Below are positions 16,471 through 25,292 of a stretch of 64,000 bases of DNA, in pieces. The first letter of the stretch is position 1; every line of letters starts with the position of its first letter. Under the pieces are notes generated by a model. It did not search any database and had not been told where the DNA came from. It saw nothing but the letters and a program-made list of their open reading frames with translations. A program made the translations under genes and the position numbers. Where the stretch lies: contig CALWHJ010000001.1 of NCBI GenBank assembly GCA_944380355.1, positions 214,739-278,738 on the forward strand. The letters are read 5' to 3'. Source of the DNA: an uncultured Christensenellaceae bacterium. Lineage in GTDB: Bacteria; Bacillota; Clostridia; Christensenellales; UBA3700.

Positions 16471-17295
16471 ATGAACAGCGAAAAGTTGCAAAGTCTTCAG
16501 TCCAAAGCTCTCGATATCCGCAAACTGACTGTTGAGATGATTGGTCGTCTCGGCGTAGGTCATATCGGCGGTGCTCTCAGTATAGTGGACTTGCTGACCG
16601 TACTCTATTACGATATAGCAAACGTAGACCCTTCAAATCCCAAAAATCCCGACAGAGACAGAATCGTCCTTTCAAAAGGACACGCAGGTCCTGCGCTTTA
16701 CAGCGTGCTTGCAGACAAGGGATACTTCCCTCTCGAGGAAATCAAAACTCTCAATCAGCCCGGTACGAATCTTCCCTCGCACTGCGATATGAACAAGACC
16801 GTGGGTATAGATATGACTGCAGGTTCGTTGGGACAAGGTCTGAGCTGCGCGATAGGTATGGCTCTTGCGGCTAAAATCGACAAAAAGGACTACAAGGTAT
16901 TCTGCATTATGGGCGACGGAGAATCTCAGGAAGGACAAGTCTGGGAAGCGCTTATGTACGCAGGTAATATGGGACTTGACAACCTCGTTATTTTTATAGA
17001 CAACAACGGTATGCAAATCGACGGTATGACCAAAGATATCAACTCTATCGAACCTCTTACCGAAAAAGGCAACGCTTTCAATCTGCATACCCAGAGAATA
17101 AACGGACACGACTTCGACGCTCTCGAAAATGCGATTAATACCGCGCTCGATACCAAAGGCAAATGTTCGCTTATCATTATGGATACCGTCAAGGGTTACG
17201 GCGTAGAGTGGGTATCCAGCAAAGGCTACGGCTGCCACTCGATGTCCATCACGGAAGAACAATGGCGTAACTTCTGCCAAAAGGAGAGAGACTGA
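16471..17295 (+). CDS. transketolase, N-terminal (TPP-binding) subunit
   Basis: 274-aa ORF with GHIGGALS, SKGHAGPALY and GDGESQEG motifs. It is the first half of a split transketolase. Confidence 0.9.
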   Translation: MNSEKLQSLQSKALDIRKLTVEMIGRLGVGHIGGALSIVDLLTVLYYDIANVDPSNPKNPDRDRIVLSKGHAGPALYSVLADKGYFPLEEIKTLNQPGTNLPSHCDMNKTVGIDMTAGSLGQGLSCAIGMALAAKIDKKDYKVFCIMGDGESQEGQVWEALMYAGNMGLDNLVIFIDNNGMQIDGMTKDINSIEPLTEKGNAFNLHTQRINGHDFDALENAINTALDTKGKCSLIIMDTVKGYGVEWVSSKGYGCHSMSITEEQWRNFCQKERD

Positions 17296-18233
17296 TGCAA
17301 GATACTTTTGAGATGAGAGAGATATACTGCCAATCTCTTATAGAAGAAGCTAAGACCAACAAGGATATCGTGGTCGTAGAGGCAGACCTTATGAACTGCA
17401 TAAAGACTGGTCCTTTCAAAAAGGAATATCCCGACAGATTTTTCAACGTAGGTATCGCAGAGGCAAATATGGTAGGCGTTTCGGCAGGACTTGCTACCTG
17501 CGGAAAAATTCCCTTCTGCTCTTCTTTCGGCACTTTTGCTACCAGAAGATGCTTTGACCAGGTTTTCATAAGCGTAGCTTACAGCAAGCAGAACGTGAAA
17601 ATCGTAGGTACCGACCCCGGTATTTGCGCGGAAATCAACGGCGGTACTCATATGCCCCTCGAGGATATGGGTATAATGAGAGGTATTCCCGATATGCTTT
17701 GCGTAGAACCTACCGACAGTACTATGCTCAAAGCTCTTATGCCTCAGATAATTGCTTACAAGGGCGCAACTTACATAAGACTTCAGAGAAAGAAAGCCGA
17801 GACTGTATATCAGAAAGGCGAAAAGTTTGACCTCTTTAAAGCAAAGAAAATCGCTTCGGGAAAAGACGCGACGATCATTGCTTCGGGCATTATGGTAAGC
17901 AAGGCTCTTCAAGCGAGAGAAGAACTCAAAAAACAAGGTCTTGACGTAGGCGTACTCAACGTATTTACGTGGAAGCCTATCGACAAAGAAGCTATTATCG
18001 AATGTGCTAAAGAAAGCGGTGCCATTGTCGTAGCAGAAAATCACAACGTGCACAACGGACTCTACTCTGCCGTATCCGAAGTGATAGTTGCCAACAAGCC
18101 CGTCCCTATGGAAAGCGTAGCGGTAATGGACGAATTCGGCGAAGTAGGAAAAATGCCTTATCTGGCAAAGAAATTCCATATTACCGAAGAGGATATTGTA
18201 GAAAAAACCCTCAAAGTAATCGGCAGAAAATAA
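17295..18233 (+). CDS. transketolase, C-terminal (pyrimidine-binding) subunit
   Basis: 312-aa ORF whose start overlaps the upstream stop (TGATG). It has the FFNVGIAEANMVG motif. Confidence 0.9.
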   Translation: MQDTFEMREIYCQSLIEEAKTNKDIVVVEADLMNCIKTGPFKKEYPDRFFNVGIAEANMVGVSAGLATCGKIPFCSSFGTFATRRCFDQVFISVAYSKQNVKIVGTDPGICAEINGGTHMPLEDMGIMRGIPDMLCVEPTDSTMLKALMPQIIAYKGATYIRLQRKKAETVYQKGEKFDLFKAKKIASGKDATIIASGIMVSKALQAREELKKQGLDVGVLNVFTWKPIDKEAIIECAKESGAIVVAENHNVHNGLYSAVSEVIVANKPVPMESVAVMDEFGEVGKMPYLAKKFHITEEDIVEKTLKVIGRK

Positions 18234-18254
18234 TTAAGGTAATATAAAATACAA

Positions 18255-18285
18255 AAAGCGTTTCCTGACAGGAGACGCTTTTTTT
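18255..18285 (+). terminator. intrinsic terminator
   Basis: 9-bp stem agcgtttcc/ggagacgct followed by a T-run. Confidence 0.65.
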
Positions 18286-18475
18286 GATGATAATCATAGT
18301 TTTATCGTTTTATGCTCACAGGTTTTTACTTTGTGGGAATATATTTGACGTGCTTTCTAATGTGCTTTTTTAGTCCCTTATATCCCTCAGCCATAAAAGC
18401 CCTTATATTGCTTTGAGAAAACATATCCTGCTTAGCCGTGTTCAACAAGTGAATACTGCCTATTAAAACGTTATC

Positions 18476-19651
18476 TCACTTGTTCGCGCTCTTGTAGACT
18501 TCGTAAAGAGCTTTTTCGTCAAGCCGGCTGAATTCTCCTACCACTCTCGTACGGTTGCGCGAACATTTATCAGCAAGAGTTTTAAGCGTTTCGTCACTCT
18601 GCTCACCTACAAGGTCTTTAAGCCCTACGGGCATATCCAAACTCGAAAAATACTTTTCCGTAGCCTCTATTCCTTTAAGTGCGGCTTGACGTCCCTCGCC
18701 CGTGACGTGCCATACTTTTTTAGCATATCGTTCAAAGCGCGCTACGTCTTTGTCAAGCACGTATCTTGCCCAGCTTCCCCACACAGCCGAAAGACTTGCG
18801 CCGTGCGCTACGTCAAACATTGCGCTCAGCTCGTGTCCCAGCTGATGTACTGCAAATTCTCTTCCTCCGCCCAGTCCCGTAAGATTGTTGTGTGACAGAC
18901 TGCCCGCCCACATAAGCTCGCTCATACTCTCGTAATCGCATTTTTCGTATGCGCGTTTACCGTACTCGATAACGGTACGCAACAAACTTTCGCTTATGCC
19001 GTCAGTCATAGCGTTGGATTGCAAACAGGGCTGATAAAAATATCTGTCCAACGTATGCATCATAATGTCAACCACCCCGCAAGCTATCTGATATCCGGGA
19101 AGAGTGAGCGTAAATTCGGGATTCATTATTGCAAACGAGCATATAAATTTATCGCTCGAGTGTCCGCGCTTGTCAGATAGCAAATCGTTGGTAAGCACCG
19201 CGCTGTCGCTCGTTTCGCTTCCCGCCGCAGGTATGGTGAGTATGCACCCTACTTTGAGTGCGCGTGTTTCTTTTATCTTGTAACACCATATATCCCACAA
19301 GTCGCCCTCGTTTACCGCGCCTATGGCTATCGCCTTAGCGGTATCTATCACGCTTCCTCCGCCTATTGCCAAAAGACAGTCGGGATTGTACTCCCTTGCA
19401 ATTTTTACGCCCTCAAGCGCGTGGGTATATCTGGGATTTGCCTGCGCTCCGCCGAAAAGTATATACTCTTTTTTGCTCTTTTCAAGCAATCCTTCTACTC
19501 TTGAAAGAAGTCCGCTTTTGCGTATTCTGTCGGAGCCGTAACATATCATAATTTTTCTTGCGCCGATTTTATCGAGTTCGGCGGGCAAAGCGTCAAGCGC
19601 GCTTTTGCCGAAATTTATCGAAGTAGGAATTGAAAATCTGAAATCTCTCAT
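18476..19651 (-). CDS. iron-containing (group III) alcohol dehydrogenase, butanol-dehydrogenase-like
   Basis: 391-aa ORF with GGGSVIDTAK and the His-rich metal site region (HQLGHELSAMFDVAHG). Confidence 0.85.
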   Translation of the reverse strand: MRDFRFSIPTSINFGKSALDALPAELDKIGARKIMICYGSDRIRKSGLLSRVEGLLEKSKKEYILFGGAQANPRYTHALEGVKIAREYNPDCLLAIGGGSVIDTAKAIAIGAVNEGDLWDIWCYKIKETRALKVGCILTIPAAGSETSDSAVLTNDLLSDKRGHSSDKFICSFAIMNPEFTLTLPGYQIACGVVDIMMHTLDRYFYQPCLQSNAMTDGISESLLRTVIEYGKRAYEKCDYESMSELMWAGSLSHNNLTGLGGGREFAVHQLGHELSAMFDVAHGASLSAVWGSWARYVLDKDVARFERYAKKVWHVTGEGRQAALKGIEATEKYFSSLDMPVGLKDLVGEQSDETLKTLADKCSRNRTRVVGEFSRLDEKALYEVYKSANK

Positions 19652-20358
19652 ACGCTCTCCTTTTTTGCGAGTTTATCAATAAGCCTCGTCAGCTCGCGGT
19701 AATTTTTAACTTGATAATCAGGCACTACGTCCTTTATTTGCTTGTTCTCTCTGTTGAAAAGTACTGTCTTTATTCCCGCGTTTATGCCGCCCTGAATATC
19801 CGAGCTCAAGGAATCGCCGATAATATACACGTCTTCTTTTTGCGTTATGCCTATGTCCTTGAGTACATAATCGAAAAAGTCCTTGTTGGGTTTTTGCAGT
19901 CCTATCTCCTGCGATATGTATATCTTTTTGAAAAACTTATCGAGCCCGGTGTTTTTAAACCTCATTTTCTGCGTGCGCGTAACGCCGTTTGTTACGCAGT
20001 AGAGGTCGTGCTCACAAACCGTCCTCTCGAGAAAGGCTCTCGCTCCGCGTATCACGCACGTGCTCTCAGCTACGTTTTCCCTGTAAGCGTCACCCACTAG
20101 TGTTACGTCTTTACCCTCTATGCCGAATTTGTCGAACAGCTCGTAAAAACGCGTATAAAAAATCTCCTCGCGCGTTATCTCACCTCTTTCGAACATATCC
20201 CACATACGCCTGTTGATTCGCTTGAATTCCTGTGCGATTGCGTCACCGTCTCCCAAAGAATAATCCTCAGCAAGTTTAACTACCGCTTGGTATTCGCTTG
20301 CGTTGAAGTCGAGTACGGTATCGTCCGCGTCTATCAATAATGTCAGTCTCTTTGCCAT
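19648..20358 (-). CDS. HAD-IA family hydrolase (YjjG-like nucleotidase type)
   Basis: Motif I is DADDT and the late motif is GDSLSSDIQGG. I place the start at the internal ATG at 20358 (MAKRLTLLIDADDT) rather than the track start at 20433. The stop overlaps the start of the alcohol dehydrogenase gene. Confidence 0.7.
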   Translation of the reverse strand: MAKRLTLLIDADDTVLDFNASEYQAVVKLAEDYSLGDGDAIAQEFKRINRRMWDMFERGEITREEIFYTRFYELFDKFGIEGKDVTLVGDAYRENVAESTCVIRGARAFLERTVCEHDLYCVTNGVTRTQKMRFKNTGLDKFFKKIYISQEIGLQKPNKDFFDYVLKDIGITQKEDVYIIGDSLSSDIQGGINAGIKTVLFNRENKQIKDVVPDYQVKNYRELTRLIDKLAKKESV

Positions 20359-20472
20359 AGATAAATAATACCACGTATCCTGTCTTTTTTCAACCTCACC
20401 GATAAAATTGTCGCGTACTTTTGCACGCGACAATCCATAAACCGTATATTAAGTATTTTAATCTGCACCCGC

Positions 20473-22791
20473 TTATACGTCGTATTTAGACAGTATCTCC
20501 ACGGGCGTCTTTCTCGTAAACGACAATATCGGCAACAGCGATACTATCATCATACAGCCTGCAATACCCGCTATCGCCGTAAAAAACAGCCACAGGGGGA
20601 AGTACAAAAGCGTGCCGTCGGAGAATATAAGTACAGGCAATCCTATCACGACGAATACCGACACTACGCATATCAGTATAAGCGCGAGAGATTCGACGAA
20701 AAATTTGTATACGATATTCTTTGTCGATACGCCTATTGCTCTGTAAAGTCCTATCTCCTTGGCTTTGCCGGACAATGCCGAATAAAACATCAGTGCCGCC
20801 GACACAAGCATAATCGCTATCAGTATAGCAACTACTATTACGAATTTTATTATTTCTTCCTTTACTTCGTCCATAGCTTGCTTATACATTATATTTTTGG
20901 TCTTTATGTTTGAAAACATGCCTGTCTCAATCAATGTGTCCGCAAGTTTGTTTGCGTCTGGAGTAAGTATGCAGTATTCTCTGTAATTTTCGAATCTGTC
21001 TTCAAGCGCACGCATTTCGTTTTCGTTGATTACCCAACCGATTACTTTGTCGGAATTTCTGACAACGAATTTTTTTCCGAATATATCGACTACTCTTCCG
21101 TCTTCGTAATTCCATCCCGGTGATAAAAGTACCTCGCCGTCTTTAGCTTCTTCTCCGAAGTAACTGTCGGGGGAATATCCGAAAATTACGTCAATCCAGA
21201 GCAAATCCTCCATATAAGCGTACGATTCGTCCTCGTCCACTACGCCGACTATCTTGACGGTCTTTGTTCTGTCCATCTTTACGGTCGCGTTGTAAAGTAT
21301 CTCATAGCCTACGCCGTTTACTTTTGCTTCGTGAAGCCAGCTGGAGAGAATATCGTCGGCAAGTCCCTTGCTTATGACAATCCTGTCGTAAGCCGTCAAA
21401 TCGTCGGGAGTGCCGTATATCCATTTCATATTTTTTACCTTTTCGATATCGTTGAAAGTATAATCCAAGAATGACCAGTATATAGTTTCGAGTGTCTCGA
21501 ATCCAGCAATACCGACTTCCATACGCGACGAAAAGTTGCTTACGTAAGCGTACTCCACATCGTAGCCTTTTTGGGCGATTATATTATCGACTTCCTTTTT
21601 ATCGCTTGCTCCGTTTACGGCGACTCTAATCAGATTTTCATTAAAATCGCTGCCGATATTATCGTATTTAAAAATCTTCGAACCGAGTACACCTACAAAA
21701 ATAACGATTGCTATCATAAACACAAAGACAGATACCGTAAAAAGAGTAAATCTCTTCTTTTTGTTGAATATCGACTTCACGCCCGACACAAACGCGCTTT
21801 TGAAAGAGAATACCTTACCCGTCTTGCCCGTCTGCACATTGCTGAGAAAATTCATCGCACCGTGCGCCTTGACGCGTTGTTCTTCCAAAAACTCCTTTTC
21901 CGTCTTGTCTTCGAATTTTATCTCCGACTTCTCGTCGATTAGCCTTACGTTTTTGTCAGTCGTCTTGAGATAAATCTTTCCGCCTTCGTTGACAAGCATC
22001 AGATTTACGGGCAAAGCTTCGCCGTAATAGTCTATGTTTACGTTGTCTACGGTAAGTCTGTTTTTCTTTTTGTCTCCGAGAAAAACTCTCGTCTTGTCGG
22101 ACGTACCGTGAGAGATTTTTCCTCCCTCGCTGAGATTTTCTATCCTGCCGTCCTTTATCTGTATTACGCTGTCGGCATACTTCTCTATCAAATCGCCTTC
22201 GTGCGTTACCACTATCACAAGACAGTTGGTACTCAATGCCTTCAACAGCTCCATTACCGTTCGAGTGTTCAGCTCGTCAAGATTGCCCGTCGGCTCGTCC
22301 GCAAGTATTATCCTGGCTCCCTTGACCATTGCTCGCGCTATCGCTACTCTCTGCTGCTGTCCTCCCGACAGCGTTGTCACGTTGCGCTTGTAATAGTCCC
22401 TCATTCCTACGTTATCGAGTGCAGTCATTACCCTGTCGAATATAACCTCTTCGTCCTTTACTCCGACAGTTCTCAGTCCCTGCGCTACGTTTTGGTATAC
22501 GTCCAGTCTTTCGTCCAGAAGATAGTTCTGGAATATATACCCTATATTCTCTATCCTGTACTTATCGTCTACGCTGCTCTTGTAGACGTTGCCGTTCATT
22601 ATTATCTCTCCGCCGTCGAATTTGTCCAATCCGCCCAGCGCGTTCATAAACGTAGTCTTTCCCGAACCGCTCGCACCGTATATGGCTACAAGTCCTTTCT
22701 CGGGAAACTCCACGCTCACGTCGTTGACGGCGCGTACTTCGTTTGCCTTGTTCTTGTTGAAAATCTTGAGAAGATTGTTAACCTTTATCAT
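20473..22791 (-). CDS. fused ABC transporter ATP-binding domain plus FtsX-type permease (MacB-like architecture)
   Basis: 772-aa ORF. N-terminal Walker A (GASGSGKT), signature (LSGGQQQR) and Walker B (ILADEPT). A TM helix and a large extracytoplasmic region follow, then a C-terminal FtsX-like 3-TM bundle. Confidence 0.8.
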   Translation of the reverse strand: MIKVNNLLKIFNKNKANEVRAVNDVSVEFPEKGLVAIYGASGSGKTTFMNALGGLDKFDGGEIIMNGNVYKSSVDDKYRIENIGYIFQNYLLDERLDVYQNVAQGLRTVGVKDEEVIFDRVMTALDNVGMRDYYKRNVTTLSGGQQQRVAIARAMVKGARIILADEPTGNLDELNTRTVMELLKALSTNCLVIVVTHEGDLIEKYADSVIQIKDGRIENLSEGGKISHGTSDKTRVFLGDKKKNRLTVDNVNIDYYGEALPVNLMLVNEGGKIYLKTTDKNVRLIDEKSEIKFEDKTEKEFLEEQRVKAHGAMNFLSNVQTGKTGKVFSFKSAFVSGVKSIFNKKKRFTLFTVSVFVFMIAIVIFVGVLGSKIFKYDNIGSDFNENLIRVAVNGASDKKEVDNIIAQKGYDVEYAYVSNFSSRMEVGIAGFETLETIYWSFLDYTFNDIEKVKNMKWIYGTPDDLTAYDRIVISKGLADDILSSWLHEAKVNGVGYEILYNATVKMDRTKTVKIVGVVDEDESYAYMEDLLWIDVIFGYSPDSYFGEEAKDGEVLLSPGWNYEDGRVVDIFGKKFVVRNSDKVIGWVINENEMRALEDRFENYREYCILTPDANKLADTLIETGMFSNIKTKNIMYKQAMDEVKEEIIKFVIVVAILIAIMLVSAALMFYSALSGKAKEIGLYRAIGVSTKNIVYKFFVESLALILICVVSVFVVIGLPVLIFSDGTLLYFPLWLFFTAIAGIAGCMMIVSLLPILSFTRKTPVEILSKYDV

Positions 22792-25124
22792 TTGTTTGCC
22801 CTCCTCAATCCTTTTCTTATCTTTTGTTTGTATATAAGCTTATTGTACGAGCCTGCCAGAATCAGCAGTATTATCGTCATTCCCAGTACTATCATAAATA
22901 CCGCTTCCCAGCCCATATATTGAAGTACCGCACCTATAGGAGCAAAGTACATAATCAATACCAAAATCACGCACAAAATCAGTGCTGGTACAAGTGCTAA
23001 AAACAGCTGTACGAAAGTCGACGCTTTGACTGTCGAATCGGCAATACCCATAGTCCTGAATACCGACACGTCTTTTCTGCCTAGCGACATAAGTTTTATG
23101 AGCGTAACTACCACAACAAGAGATACTGCTACCGAGAAGGCAAGACTTATGAGCGTCGTGGAAAAGAAGTCGATTAGTTTTTCGATAAAGGAAAGATTTG
23201 ACATAATATTAATATCCCTGGCGCGTATGGAACTGTAACCGTCACGCGTCATTTTATCGACTGCCACACTCGCTTTTTTGTTGTTTTCAAAGATAAGCGA
23301 TATCTGCTTACTCTCTTCGGTAAAATAATCTTTGAATACCTCAGGACTTACGCTGAAAACTATGCAAGAAGCATCGTAAAGCGAAGATATAAAGGGCTTT
23401 AAATCCTCATTGTATTTTACGTCCGTAAAAAGCACTGCCGCAGATACTGCTTTTCTTATATAAAGTCCCTCGTTGTTATCTATCAACGCATTGGTTTCCA
23501 CAACCTTGCCTTGCAAATCGAAGTTAATCTGAAATACCGCGTCTTTCATATAACGGCTGTCTAAGAAATTGCCTTCCTCGTCCTCGATTACGGGAAAACC
23601 TTCTGCGTCAACCTCGACTATCGCGCCGCTCAAAGGAGGTAAATTCAGCCTCTGAAACTGAGAATAATACTCGTATCCTTCCGTTGTAAAGCACGCAGTC
23701 ACGGGCTTTCTGTTGTCGACATAATAATCAATACCCGAGATGACGTAAACCATACCCTGATTGTTTGTATCGTCAACTCTGGAATCGTAATTTACGTTGA
23801 ACATCTCAAGCTTTTGACCTACGCTGTACTCTTTTGCGTAATTGTAAGGAATACGAAGCAATACCTCGTCGGCTCTTTGGGGCAGCCTGCCCTTGTCTGC
23901 TTTTTTGCCGTCAAGCCTATCCAAGCGGAAATATTCAAAATTTTTGACAGTATCTCCTTCCATTACCACGAGCGCGGATGCGTCGAAATAGATATCGTGC
24001 ATAATAAAGGACGATGCTCCGTATTTATCCGCAAGCTCTTGCGCGCTTTGCTCGGTGTAATAATCGTCGCGGGTAGCGACCCCGTTACGCTGTTTAACGT
24101 CGTCGTGTCCACTTTGCTCGGTGTAATAATCGTCGCGGGTAGCGACCAGTACTCTGCCTTCCATATCGTTGACAGCGAAAGTTACAGGATAAAATCCCAG
24201 GTTGCTCACCAAGGATATGGAAAGAATAATACCGCTTAGCGCGATAAACAAAACAACAGATATCAGAATATTCTGTCTAGGACGGGTGCAAAACCTCTTC
24301 CAGCCCAGTATGAACTTATCTCTCGCGTCAGTACGTCTGTCTTCTTTTGAACGCTTGCTTTTTTTGCGACGCGTTTTGAAAACGTACTGTCTTTCTTTTT
24401 CGTAAAGACCTTCCCTCTCCTCTACGTCTTCGGAGCTTTTTACTCTCTCGAAAATTTCGTCGCTTTCAATTCCGCCGTCATATACGCGAATATGCCTGGT
24501 TGCGTATTCCTTAACGTCCTCGTAATTGTGCGTTACCACTATCACGAGCTTGTCTTTAGACACCTCTTTCAAAAGTGCGAGTATGCTCTTTGCGTTGACG
24601 CTGTCAAGATTGCCCGTAGGCTCGTCTGCCAGTATGACGGGACTGTCTTTTGCTATCGCTCTCGCGATGACCGTTCGCTGTTTCTCGCCGCCCGAAAGCT
24701 TAACCCCTTTTGTGTTGAGTCTGTCCTTCAGTCCTACTCTTTCGGCTATCTCCAGCGCACGACGTTTTCTCTCTTTAAGGTCCTTGACCGACGTCAATGC
24801 AAATTCAATATTCTCGAATACCGTAAAGCTTTCGAGTATGTTGTAGTCCTGAAAAATAAAGGACACGTACTTTGCCACGTATTCGTCCCAGTCGGCCTTT
24901 ATGTAATGAGAAGTGGGCTTGCCCTCTATATACATCTCCCCTTCTTCATAGCTGTCAAGTCCGCCTATTACGTTGAGAAGCGTGGTTTTACCGCTTCCCG
25001 ACTTGCCCGTAACCGCGACGAATTCTCCTTTGTCAAAAGACAAATTTACTTTGCGTATACCGACTGCTACGTTGTTTTCGCTAGAGTAAATCTTGCCTAT
25101 GTCAGACAATCTCAAAAATGCCAT
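22788..25124 (-). CDS. fused ABC transporter ATP-binding domain plus FtsX-type permease (paralogous partner)
   Basis: 778-aa ORF with GKSGSGKT, LSGGEKQR and ILADEPT, and the same downstream architecture. Its stop overlaps the start of the downstream gene by 4 nt. Confidence 0.8.
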   Translation of the reverse strand: MAFLRLSDIGKIYSSENNVAVGIRKVNLSFDKGEFVAVTGKSGSGKTTLLNVIGGLDSYEEGEMYIEGKPTSHYIKADWDEYVAKYVSFIFQDYNILESFTVFENIEFALTSVKDLKERKRRALEIAERVGLKDRLNTKGVKLSGGEKQRTVIARAIAKDSPVILADEPTGNLDSVNAKSILALLKEVSKDKLVIVVTHNYEDVKEYATRHIRVYDGGIESDEIFERVKSSEDVEEREGLYEKERQYVFKTRRKKSKRSKEDRRTDARDKFILGWKRFCTRPRQNILISVVLFIALSGIILSISLVSNLGFYPVTFAVNDMEGRVLVATRDDYYTEQSGHDDVKQRNGVATRDDYYTEQSAQELADKYGASSFIMHDIYFDASALVVMEGDTVKNFEYFRLDRLDGKKADKGRLPQRADEVLLRIPYNYAKEYSVGQKLEMFNVNYDSRVDDTNNQGMVYVISGIDYYVDNRKPVTACFTTEGYEYYSQFQRLNLPPLSGAIVEVDAEGFPVIEDEEGNFLDSRYMKDAVFQINFDLQGKVVETNALIDNNEGLYIRKAVSAAVLFTDVKYNEDLKPFISSLYDASCIVFSVSPEVFKDYFTEESKQISLIFENNKKASVAVDKMTRDGYSSIRARDINIMSNLSFIEKLIDFFSTTLISLAFSVAVSLVVVVTLIKLMSLGRKDVSVFRTMGIADSTVKASTFVQLFLALVPALILCVILVLIMYFAPIGAVLQYMGWEAVFMIVLGMTIILLILAGSYNKLIYKQKIRKGLRRANK
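24046..24147 (-). repeat. in-frame 66-bp-period tandem duplication inside the ABC/FtsX gene
   Basis: The 36-nt string ctttgctcggtgtaataatcgtcgcgggtagcgacc occurs at 24046-24081 and 24112-24147. It encodes VATRDDYYTEQS twice. Confidence 0.9.
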
Positions 25125-25236
25125 AAAATTTCCTCCGATTTTATTATAGCAAATAATCTTCTCTTTTGCAATACTAAAATTTATAACTGATATGCTTCTA
25201 CTACACCGCTGTAACGCGCTTTGTATCGCACAATAA

Positions 25237-25268
25237 AAAAAGAGAACCTTTTGAGTCCTCTTTTTTTC
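25237..25268 (-). terminator. intrinsic terminator downstream of the SNF transporter gene
   Basis: Imperfect 7-bp stem agagaac/gtcctct flanked by an A-run and a T-run. Confidence 0.45.
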
Positions 25269-25292
25269 TTCGATTAATGTTATTGATTTGAA

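Noticed and set aside
18300-18475. Possible small basic ORF (about 32 aa, MFSQSNIRAFMAEGYKGLKKHIRKHVKYIPTK, minus strand) in the gap after the transketolase terminator.
   Set aside because: AGGA sits only 2 nt from the ATG. There is no recognisable family, and the ORF is below any length at which I can support coding from sequence alone.
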